This document shows, in pieces, positions 19,559 to 27,907 of a stretch of DNA of 64,000 nucleotides. Source of the stretch: an uncultured Flavobacteriales bacterium (GTDB lineage Bacteria > Bacteroidota > Bacteroidia > Flavobacteriales_D > CAJJDF01); NCBI GenBank assembly GCA_905182785.1, contig CAJJDF010000031.1:16-64015 (forward strand), written 5' to 3'. Under the pieces are notes generated by a model. That model was not told where the DNA came from, ran no database searches, and saw only the letters and a list, made by a program, of their open reading frames with translations. Every line of letters begins with the position of its first letter. Positions within the stretch are counted from its first letter, which is position 1. A program made the position numbers and the translations under genes.

Positions 19559-19673
19559 ATATTTTCACGTGTTAATAACCTCTTTTTTTAAATCCCTATT
19601 TCCCACAAATGTAAACTTAAATTAGTCGTTTAAAACAAAAACGAGTACTTTTGTAAAAATATTAAAACCTAAA

Positions 19674-20336
19674 ATGACAAAAAATATTATTTCAACTTCA
19701 TTTTTTTTTCTTTTTTTTAATTGCATGTTTTCTCAAGGAGTATTTTTTACTTTTGGAAAAACAATTACCGGTTATGATTATACAAATTCTGAAGGTGAGT
19801 CAATTGACGAACTCAAAAGAGGACTAGGTAACTTTTTTGAAGTTGGCGGAGTATTTGCTCTAAACAGAAATCAACATCTTAACTATGAAGTAGGTATAAC
19901 TCTTTCGCAATTTAACTCCAAAGCTACCATAGATCGTCACTTCTATTCTTGGGAAACAAGTTACATTGGGATACAAAATGTAATTAATTACAATTTTTTT
20001 AAATTTTCTACTTTTAATTTTTCTAGGAACAATTCGCTACTTCTTTCGGACTTCAATCTATTTGTAAAGGGTGGATTAAATGTTTCTTATATAATATATG
20101 GAGAACAAATAGTTGGATCTAGAACGTATGATATTTCTAAAAATGAAGAGTTTAAAGGTTTTTTTGTTCAACCATTAATGGGGGTTGGAGCGAAAATAAA
20201 AATTGTAAGAAATATCGGACTAAGTATTGGTTACAATTTTTCAAAAGCAATAAATACTTCAAGAAAAAAAGAGCAACAACTCGATTTCTATGGCAATCAA
20301 GTTGAATTAAAAATATATTTTTTTACAAAACACTAA
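19674..20336 (+). CDS. outer-membrane beta-barrel (porin-family/OmpA-like barrel) protein
   Basis: Signal peptide, alternating strand pattern and a terminal aromatic region (ELKIYFFTKH). A TActTTTG box lies at 19646-19653. Confidence 0.6.
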   Translation: MTKNIISTSFFFLFFNCMFSQGVFFTFGKTITGYDYTNSEGESIDELKRGLGNFFEVGGVFALNRNQHLNYEVGITLSQFNSKATIDRHFYSWETSYIGIQNVINYNFFKFSTFNFSRNNSLLLSDFNLFVKGGLNVSYIIYGEQIVGSRTYDISKNEEFKGFFVQPLMGVGAKIKIVRNIGLSIGYNFSKAINTSRKKEQQLDFYGNQVELKIYFFTKH

Positions 20337-20339
20337 TAG

Positions 20340-20825
20340 CTATTTTTTAGGAAAATCAAACCATTCAAGCGTTCCTGTCTGAGCAGAAACCTCGCGCCAA
20401 TCTTCAGTTTCAAAACAGATTTTTGCAATCCCTAAAGTTGGAAAATCTACCGAATAATTACATAAATAATCGCACAACATTGATGTCCCAGGATTATGCC
20501 CTACCAACATTATCGTGTTATTTTTATTCTCTGTTTTATTAATAAAAGAAAGCATTACTGAGAGTGATGCATGATAAATTTCTTTGGAAAATTTAATTTC
20601 TCATGTCGGAAAATTCATCTCTTTAGCCAAAGCCATACTGGTTTGAGTCGTTCGTTTAGCAGAACTTGATATAAATGAGTCTAACTCGATAGATTTCTCT
20701 TTCAGTCTTTTGCCCATTATCCCTTTATCTCTATTTCCTCTTTCGTTCAAAGGCCTTTCAAAATCAGACAAACCAATGTTTGCCCAGTCAGATTTTGCGT
20801 GCCTCACTAAAAATAAATACTTCAT
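20340..20825 (-). pseudogene. sixA: phosphohistidine phosphatase SixA-like gene interrupted by one in-frame TGA (20601-20603)
   Basis: The N-terminal ORF carries LFLVRHAKS (RHG motif) and the C-terminal ORF carries LVGHNPG. Both ORFs are in the same frame and are separated only by a TGA codon (..NFPT*EIKFSKEIYHASLSVM..). Confidence 0.65.
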
Positions 20826-20953
20826 TTTGATTTGTTCTTTCGCCAAAATAATAAATTTAAAAGTATCTCTTCATTATAAGATTGTTTATCTCAAGAATAA
20901 TTACCTTTAAAATCGAATTTTGAATCAAAATTTCGAAAAAAAAAGATTATAAA

Positions 20954-23749
20954 GTGAGTATTACGAAATCAGATTTTATCCATATTAAAGGTGCAAAAGT
21001 TCACAACTTAAAAAATGTTGAACTCAAAATTACCAAAAACAAATTAACTGTAATCACTGGACTTTCGGGTTCGGGGAAATCGTCCTTGGCTTTTGACACT
21101 TTATATGCCGAAGGGCAAAGAAGATACATTGAGAGTTTATCTTCTTATGCACGTCAATTTTTAGGAAAATTAGAAAAACCAGAAGTAGATTTCATTAAAG
21201 GAATTGCTCCAGCCATTGCAATTGAGCAAAAAGTAAATTCAAGAAACCCAAGATCTACGGTAGGTACAACTACAGAGGTTTATGATTATTTAAAACTATT
21301 ATTTGCTAGAATTGGAAGGACAATTTCGCCAATATCTGGAAATGAAGTGAAAAAAGACACAGGAGATGATGTGCTTAATTACTTGAATGAATTTCCTAAC
21401 GGAACCAAAGCTATCATACTTGCAGAATTAAAAATTGAGGAACAAGACAAGTTGGCCTTATACCTTTCCAATATTCAAACGGAAGGGTTTAATAGGGTAG
21501 AAATAGACGGAGAAACAAGAATGATTGCTGATGTGATTGAAAATCCTCCTGCGGAATTTGATTCGATAAAAATTGTAATGGATAGAATTTCTATTGACAA
21601 AGAAAACGAAGAAAATAACGCTAGAATCTATGATTCTATAGAAATGGCTTTTCAAGAAAGTAACGGAACTTGCGAAGTGGAAGTTAGAGGGGAAGACACA
21701 GTAAATAGAATTTTTTCTAGCAAGTTTGAATTGGACGGAATTTTGTTTTCTGAACCCAATCCACATACATTCAGTTTCAATAATCCTCTTGGTGCTTGCC
21801 CAACTTGCGAAGGTTATGGACAAACTATTGGGATAGATGAAGATTTGGTAATTCCAGATAAAAATTTATCGATTTTTGAAGAAGCAATTTTTTGCTGGAA
21901 AGGGGAGAAAATGAGTGAATGGAGTAAAGAGTTGATTGCCAAATCACATCATTTTGATTTCCCAATCCACAAAGCATATTACGATTTAACTGCTGCTCAA
22001 AAAAAACTTCTTTGGACTGGTAATAAATATTTTAAAGGTATTTCAGAATTTTTTCAATTTGTAGAGTCTCAATCTTATAAGATTCAATACAGGATAATGC
22101 TAAGCAGGTATAGAGGAAAAACTACTTGTACTACTTGTAACGGAAAAAGGCTAAAACCAGAAACGGAATACATCAAAATAAGTAGCGTAACTCTTTCAGA
22201 TTTAATTGATATTTCTCTTGAGAAATGCGCTTCTTTTTTCAGTGAATTAAAATTGACCGAAAGAGAAGAAAAAATTGCAAAAAGAATCTTAGTAGAAATT
22301 AATCAAAGGCTTCAATTTTTATTAGATGTAGGATTGGGTTATTTGACTTTAAACAGACTTTCGCAAACTCTTTCTGGAGGCGAATCACAAAGAATAAACT
22401 TGGCAACTTCTCTAGGGAGTAGTTTGGTGGGTTCTATGTATATTTTAGATGAACCGAGTATTGGATTGCATTCTCGCGATACTGAAAGACTAATTAAAGT
22501 ACTGGAATCTTTGCGAGATATTGGAAATACGGTAATTGTGGTGGAGCATGACGAAGATATTATGCGCATAGCAGATGAAATCATTGACATGGGGCCTATG
22601 GCAGGAACTCACGGGGGTGAAGTTGTATTTCATGGAAATCATAAACAATTAATAAACTCTACTGCTAGTTTAACTTCTGATTATTTAACGGGAAGAAAAA
22701 AAATTGAAGTTCCATTAGAAAGAAAGAAAAGTACAAGAAGTATTTCATTTCTTGGCTGCAGAGAAAACAACTTGAAAGGAATTGACGTTAAGATTCCTCT
22801 TAATATATTTTCGGCAATTACTGGAGTAAGTGGTAGTGGAAAATCTTCTTTGATAAAACAAATAATTTACCCTGCTCTTAAGAAAACAAAAGGAGGACAT
22901 GCTCAAAAAACAGGTGACTTTATAAAAATGGAGGGGGACGTTGATCACATTGATGAAATAGAATTCATTGACCAAAATCCAATAGGGAAATCTTCCCGTT
23001 CTAATCCTGCGACTTACGTAAAAGCTTATGACGAAATAAGGGCTTTATACAGTAATTTAAACCATTCGAAAGTGAATGGTTACAAACCAAAACATTTTTC
23101 TTTCAATACCGAAGGAGGAAGGTGTGAGTCGTGCTCAGGAGATGGGACAATAAAAGTAAATATGCAGTTTATGGCTGATATTTCTCTTACTTGTGACGAG
23201 TGTAAGGGAAAGCGTTTTAAACAAGAAGTTTTGGAAATAAAATTTCAAGAAAAAAGTATTTTCGATATCCTTGAATTAACTATTGAAGATGCAATTGAAT
23301 TCTTTTCGAATACTGATAATAAATACGGTAAAAAAATTGCTTTAAAATTAAAACCTTTGCAAGATGTAGGATTAGGATATTTAAAAATGGGACAATCATC
23401 CAATACACTTTCTGGAGGTGAAGCACAAAGAATAAAATTGGCTTCGTTTTTAGTGAAAGAAAAATCTGAAAAGAGAACGTTATTTATTTTTGATGAACCG
23501 ACAACTGGTTTACATTTTGAAGACATTCAAAAACTATTGAAAGCCTTTTATGCTTTGATTGATAAAGGAAATTCATTGCTTGTAATTGAACACAACATTG
23601 AAGTAATAAAATGTGCCGACTGGGTAATAGATTTGGGTCCTGGAGGTGGAGAAACTGGAGGGAATATAGTTTTTGAGGGAACTCCTGAGCAATTAGCTAA
23701 AAATAAAAAATCGTATACAGCTCAGTATTTAAAAGAAAAGCTGAATTAG
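20954..23749 (+). CDS. uvrA: excinuclease ABC subunit A
   Basis: Two ABC modules (GLSGSGKSS and GVSGSGKSS Walker A motifs, two LSGGE signatures) and CxxC zinc modules. 931 aa, GTG start. Confidence 0.95.
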   Translation: MSITKSDFIHIKGAKVHNLKNVELKITKNKLTVITGLSGSGKSSLAFDTLYAEGQRRYIESLSSYARQFLGKLEKPEVDFIKGIAPAIAIEQKVNSRNPRSTVGTTTEVYDYLKLLFARIGRTISPISGNEVKKDTGDDVLNYLNEFPNGTKAIILAELKIEEQDKLALYLSNIQTEGFNRVEIDGETRMIADVIENPPAEFDSIKIVMDRISIDKENEENNARIYDSIEMAFQESNGTCEVEVRGEDTVNRIFSSKFELDGILFSEPNPHTFSFNNPLGACPTCEGYGQTIGIDEDLVIPDKNLSIFEEAIFCWKGEKMSEWSKELIAKSHHFDFPIHKAYYDLTAAQKKLLWTGNKYFKGISEFFQFVESQSYKIQYRIMLSRYRGKTTCTTCNGKRLKPETEYIKISSVTLSDLIDISLEKCASFFSELKLTEREEKIAKRILVEINQRLQFLLDVGLGYLTLNRLSQTLSGGESQRINLATSLGSSLVGSMYILDEPSIGLHSRDTERLIKVLESLRDIGNTVIVVEHDEDIMRIADEIIDMGPMAGTHGGEVVFHGNHKQLINSTASLTSDYLTGRKKIEVPLERKKSTRSISFLGCRENNLKGIDVKIPLNIFSAITGVSGSGKSSLIKQIIYPALKKTKGGHAQKTGDFIKMEGDVDHIDEIEFIDQNPIGKSSRSNPATYVKAYDEIRALYSNLNHSKVNGYKPKHFSFNTEGGRCESCSGDGTIKVNMQFMADISLTCDECKGKRFKQEVLEIKFQEKSIFDILELTIEDAIEFFSNTDNKYGKKIALKLKPLQDVGLGYLKMGQSSNTLSGGEAQRIKLASFLVKEKSEKRTLFIFDEPTTGLHFEDIQKLLKAFYALIDKGNSLLVIEHNIEVIKCADWVIDLGPGGGETGGNIVFEGTPEQLAKNKKSYTAQYLKEKLN

Positions 23750-23777
23750 AAATTAATCCAATTCAGCTTTTGCTTTT
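23739..23777. terminator. bidirectional intrinsic terminator between uvrA and the CotH gene
   Basis: Stem gctgaatt/aattcagc (8 bp, 12-nt loop) is flanked by T-runs on both strands and overlaps the uvrA stop. Confidence 0.6.
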
Positions 23778-23791
23778 GTCTTGTTTTTTTG

Positions 23792-25126
23792 TCAAGGAGC
23801 ATAAATACTGGCATCAGAAACTCTGGTTGCACAGTGATTTATTAAATCACTTGCGGCAGAATTAAAACTACCTACTCCTCCAGTCAAGAAAGTATAGCTA
23901 GCTTCCTCATTACTTGCAGATGTTGTTAATAAAGATTGTTGAGAAGAAATAATTGAATTCATTCTGCTAGTTGCAAATGAAGTACTATAAAAATCTTTTA
24001 CATACGATTTATAAGTTGCTTTATACGCTAAATTATCAATTACATAGTTTATTAGTGGCCATTGAGTTGAAACTTCATTCATATCAAAAGTTAGTGAGGT
24101 TCTACCTCCACTTCCCGGAGCAAAAGCCAAATTACAATCCCAAACAATCCACCTCAACTTTCCCATGTTTGGATCATTGTATAAATAATAATTATGTGGA
24201 GCATTTCCGTAACAATCCCAATTTTGGATTGTATTCATAGCTGCCAAATATTTCAAAAACCCATCTACATCAAATACAGCTTCTAGTCCTGCTTTCCATG
24301 CCGTAGGATTTGAAGTTCTGGTTGTAGCATGTATTGCGTCATACAGTCCCTGTACGTCACTAAAATCTCCTAATTCGTTTGTTTTATTAGGAAAGCTAGA
24401 AGTTACAAAACTACCTGAAGAAAATTTTGCCCCTTGTCCGTCTGGCTTATAACAGTTTCCTGATTCATTTCCAAAAAAGCTTTTCAAAAAAGTATCTTCT
24501 ACTACTTCATTCATGGTATAAGAACCAAAATATTGATAAGTTCCATCTCCTCTGTCAATGTATACCTCATAAAAAGAAGAACGGGTTGCTGGCACTCCAA
24601 AATGCCTAAAAACATCTGCTGCAGTTTTATCTCTCATCAAGGATAAATCTTTGTAACCACTCCCCATTGCTAATTTCTTAAATCCATAAAACCTTTGGTT
24701 ATTTATTTCAGGAAATACGTCTTCAAATACGTCAAAATTGAGTTTAAACGGTAGTTTACCTGAATTTGCACTCTTCAAACTAGAATTACCTTTGTATCTA
24801 ATTCCTACTTCATACCATTGTTTCCCATTAAAATAAAAATCTACAGGGAAGTAAGCAGGTTCATCTCTGTAACCTCCATTTTTTACTGTCTGAAGGTTTG
24901 TTTGCATATCAGCCCATTCTTGGCTAGTAAATACAATGTGTATTTTGTTTACTTGAGTTTGATTAAAAACTACATCATAATTGGGATCTATATTATTAGA
25001 ATGAGTTTCTGTAGTCCAATCTGCAGGTCTATCACTATTACTTTCTCCAGGAATAAGTACTTCTTTTCTACAGGAGTAAGCAATTGTAATTAATATAACT
25101 GCGGTAAATATTTTAATGTTTTTCAT
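23792..25126 (-). CDS. CotH kinase-family lipoprotein (paralogue 1)
   Basis: Lipobox IAYSC, plus the motifs GKLPFKLNFD, HNYYLYND and WIVWDCNLAF that I associate with the CotH family. Confidence 0.7.
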   Translation of the reverse strand: MKNIKIFTAVILITIAYSCRKEVLIPGESNSDRPADWTTETHSNNIDPNYDVVFNQTQVNKIHIVFTSQEWADMQTNLQTVKNGGYRDEPAYFPVDFYFNGKQWYEVGIRYKGNSSLKSANSGKLPFKLNFDVFEDVFPEINNQRFYGFKKLAMGSGYKDLSLMRDKTAADVFRHFGVPATRSSFYEVYIDRGDGTYQYFGSYTMNEVVEDTFLKSFFGNESGNCYKPDGQGAKFSSGSFVTSSFPNKTNELGDFSDVQGLYDAIHATTRTSNPTAWKAGLEAVFDVDGFLKYLAAMNTIQNWDCYGNAPHNYYLYNDPNMGKLRWIVWDCNLAFAPGSGGRTSLTFDMNEVSTQWPLINYVIDNLAYKATYKSYVKDFYSTSFATSRMNSIISSQQSLLTTSASNEEASYTFLTGGVGSFNSAASDLINHCATRVSDASIYAP

Positions 25127-25145
25127 AAGATGAATTTAATAAAAA

Positions 25146-26486
25146 TTAAGGAGCGTAAACATTTGCTGCAGTAATTCTAGTTGAGTTATGGCTTAGTAAT
25201 GTACTAACTGCAGAAGTAAAACCTCCTAAACCACCAGTTATATGAGTATATCCCGTTTCTTCATTTGTTGCAGAAGTAGTCAATAATGTTTGTTGAGTAC
25301 TGTAAATTCCGCTCATTCTACTTGAAGCAAATGTTGAATTGGCAAAACTCTTTACGTAAGCTTTATAAGTTATTTCATAATCACTATTGTTGATTAAATA
25401 GTTAATCAAAGGCCAATCTGTACCAGTTGTATTCATTGCAAGAGGAATAGCTCTTCTGTTATCACTTAAAGCTTCGTTATTGTCCCAAACAATCCATTTT
25501 AACTTACCAATAGCCGGATCGTTATATAGGTAATAATTATGAGTCATGACTCCGTAAGTATCCCAATTTTGAATCGTATTATTTACTGCTAAGTATTTCA
25601 AAAAACCATCAACATCAAAAGTTGCTTCAAGTCCTGTTTTCCAAGCTGTAGGGTCAGATGTTCTAGTTGGTGCATGCAGTGCATCATACATTGCTTGAAT
25701 GTCATCTCTTCCTGTAGCTTCGTTAGTTTTCTTCTCAAAATCAGCTAAACTAAATCCTGTTACAGAAAATTTTGCTCCATCTCCGTCTGGCTTGTAACAA
25801 TTTCCTGATTCACTTCCAAAATAATTATTTAAAAATGAATCGAAAACGACTTCATTCATTGTGTACAAACCAAAATATTGGTAAGAGCCAGTTCCTTTAT
25901 CAATGTATATTTCATAAAATGCAGTTCGTGTTGCAGGAACTCCATAATGCCTAAAGATATCGCTAGCGGTTTTTTCTCTCATTAAAGATTGATCTTTATA
26001 TGCGCTACTCATTGCTAATTCTTTGAATCCATAGAACCTTTGATTATTAATCTCAGGGTATTCATCTTCAAATTTATCAAATTGGAATCTAAATGGTAGT
26101 TTCCCATTATTAGCTCTTAAACTTGAATTTCCTTTATAGCGAACTCCTACGTTAAACCATTCCAAATTGTCGTAAAAAAAATCTGCCTTAAAATATTCTG
26201 GCGTTTGATCAGGAAATCCTCCTCCCGGTCCTCCGCCACCTTGAACATCTGCTAAGTCGGTTTGCATTGCTTGCCAATCTTCTGAAGTGAAAATAATATG
26301 AATTTTATGAACTTTATTTTCTTCAAATACAACTTCATAATTAGGCGCAACATAGTTAGAATGAGTCTCAGTAGTCCAACCGTCTGGTCTGATTGAATCA
26401 TCAGAAATAAACACTTCTTTTCTACAAGAATATGCTAACCCAATAAGGATTAAAACTCCTATAGTTTTACTTTGTACTAGTTTCAT
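25146..26486 (-). CDS. CotH kinase-family lipoprotein (paralogue 2)
   Basis: Collinear with the downstream paralogue along its whole length (LAYSC lipobox, GKLPFRFQFD, HNYYLYND, WIVWDNNEAL). It contains an extra Gly-rich insert (GGGGPGGG). Confidence 0.7.
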   Translation of the reverse strand: MKLVQSKTIGVLILIGLAYSCRKEVFISDDSIRPDGWTTETHSNYVAPNYEVVFEENKVHKIHIIFTSEDWQAMQTDLADVQGGGGPGGGFPDQTPEYFKADFFYDNLEWFNVGVRYKGNSSLRANNGKLPFRFQFDKFEDEYPEINNQRFYGFKELAMSSAYKDQSLMREKTASDIFRHYGVPATRTAFYEIYIDKGTGSYQYFGLYTMNEVVFDSFLNNYFGSESGNCYKPDGDGAKFSVTGFSLADFEKKTNEATGRDDIQAMYDALHAPTRTSDPTAWKTGLEATFDVDGFLKYLAVNNTIQNWDTYGVMTHNYYLYNDPAIGKLKWIVWDNNEALSDNRRAIPLAMNTTGTDWPLINYLINNSDYEITYKAYVKSFANSTFASSRMSGIYSTQQTLLTTSATNEETGYTHITGGLGGFTSAVSTLLSHNSTRITAANVYAP

Positions 26487-26487
26487 T

Positions 26488-27213
26488 TTAATTTAATTTA
26501 ATTGTATAAATATAACTGAGACCAACTATGTATGATATCTTTGGATAATCTATATAAGTAGGATTCAATTCTCTTTCTAATCTATAAAAAAGTCCTAAAT
26601 CACCATATTTTTTCAAATCATAAGATGTCCCTATTGTTGCTCTGAATTTATCCAATCCATTTTCTTCTCCCTCTTCCATATGATGAAAGAGTTCTACCGA
26701 TATTTTTGGGTCAAATTTCCATTTTTTAATATTGTACTCTCCTCCTAATTTCAATCTCAAATGGTTATTTGCATAATCACCCTCGTCTTTTGATTTCCCT
26801 AATTCATTCTTAGTTTGAAATCTAACTCTATATCTAAGCTTTAATCTTTTTATAGAGTGTTTATAACCCAGGTCAAAATTAAAACGGATGTGATTTTCAT
26901 AACCTTGTCTTTTTCCTTCATTATCATTTTCTCTAATAAATCTAAATCCACCTCCAAAAACTAATCCCATTTCAGTTTTATATTGTGCGTTAAATTCAGT
27001 GAAATAAGCCTCAACTTCAGTAGAGTTTGAATCTAATCTCAATTGTTGCTCCAATCCAAATGACCATTTTTTGTCTAACTTTAACTTTAGACCCGCTTTT
27101 GTCCAAGTTTCGAAATCATTTACAACTATTGTTTCTCCATCTTGTGAGAACGATTTTAAACCAATAAACGACAGTGTAATAACTATCAGTGCAATTTTAT
27201 TTATTTTATTCAT
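26488..27213 (-). CDS. outer-membrane beta-barrel-like protein (DUF2490-like; family from memory)
   Basis: Signal peptide and alternating beta-strand pattern. Only 1 nt separates it from the CotH paralogue downstream, implying an operon. Confidence 0.5.
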   Translation of the reverse strand: MNKINKIALIVITLSFIGLKSFSQDGETIVVNDFETWTKAGLKLKLDKKWSFGLEQQLRLDSNSTEVEAYFTEFNAQYKTEMGLVFGGGFRFIRENDNEGKRQGYENHIRFNFDLGYKHSIKRLKLRYRVRFQTKNELGKSKDEGDYANNHLRLKLGGEYNIKKWKFDPKISVELFHHMEEGEENGLDKFRATIGTSYDLKKYGDLGLFYRLERELNPTYIDYPKISYIVGLSYIYTIKLN

Positions 27214-27322
27214 TTATCCTGTTTTTTTAATCAATAATCTCCTCTAACTTTTTTTTAGACGACATCTTTTTATATATCCTTCTTAAGAAAGTATTCTTTT
27301 TATATTAACCGAAAATATCATT

Positions 27323-27330
27323 TATATTTG
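27323..27330 (+). promoter_or_regulatory. -7 box TAtaTTTG, 3 nt upstream of the ATG at 27334
   Basis: Exact match to the Bacteroidetes TAnnTTTG consensus. I found no -33 TTG at canonical spacing. Confidence 0.35.
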
Positions 27331-27333
27331 TGA

Positions 27334-27906
27334 ATGAAAAACTTAATAGCTCCATTAATATTTCTCACAATACTTATTTCTTGTGAGACCACTTCAGAAA
27401 AGAAGTCAATTAGATATAGTTCAGAAGATAAAGAACTAATTACTAATAATGAATTACACGAAAATATTTATTCAAATGATGCACTAAACATTTCTTTTAA
27501 TTATCCAAAATCATGGGAGATACAAACAGATACAATGAATAAAATTTTATATATTTTATCTCCAACAGACTCTAATGATTTATTTCAAGAGATGATGAAT
27601 ATTGTAATTGGAGAAACTAACGGGCTTAGTTTAAAAGAGTTTTTCTCTATGAATCTTAATGCTGTTGAGGAGATGTTTGATAAGTTAGACAGAACAGAAG
27701 ACCCAGGTGAAATAACTATTATCAATAGGGTTTTTAAAACAGTGAAATTCAATTATATTTTTGAAAGCTACCCATTAACTGCAAATCTTTTTGTAACTCA
27801 CAAAGATGAAACTTCCTATGTTGTAAATTGTTCTGCTCTTCAAAATACTTTTGATGAATACCAAGATCAATTTATGAGTGTTGTGAATTCTATTGAAATA
27901 AATTAA
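27334..27906 (+). CDS. hypothetical lipoprotein
   Basis: Lipobox ILISC, 190 aa, no recognisable catalytic motif. Confidence 0.5.
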   Translation: MKNLIAPLIFLTILISCETTSEKKSIRYSSEDKELITNNELHENIYSNDALNISFNYPKSWEIQTDTMNKILYILSPTDSNDLFQEMMNIVIGETNGLSLKEFFSMNLNAVEEMFDKLDRTEDPGEITIINRVFKTVKFNYIFESYPLTANLFVTHKDETSYVVNCSALQNTFDEYQDQFMSVVNSIEIN

Positions 27907-27907
27907 T

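Noticed and set aside
20601-20603. In-frame TGA as evidence for an alternative genetic code (TGA read as Trp or Gly) or selenocysteine.
   Set aside because: TGA clearly terminates other well-defined genes here, such as the GNAT gene at 35808-35810, the CotH gene at 23792-23794 and atpZ. No other gene needs TGA read-through, and no SECIS-like context was evident.
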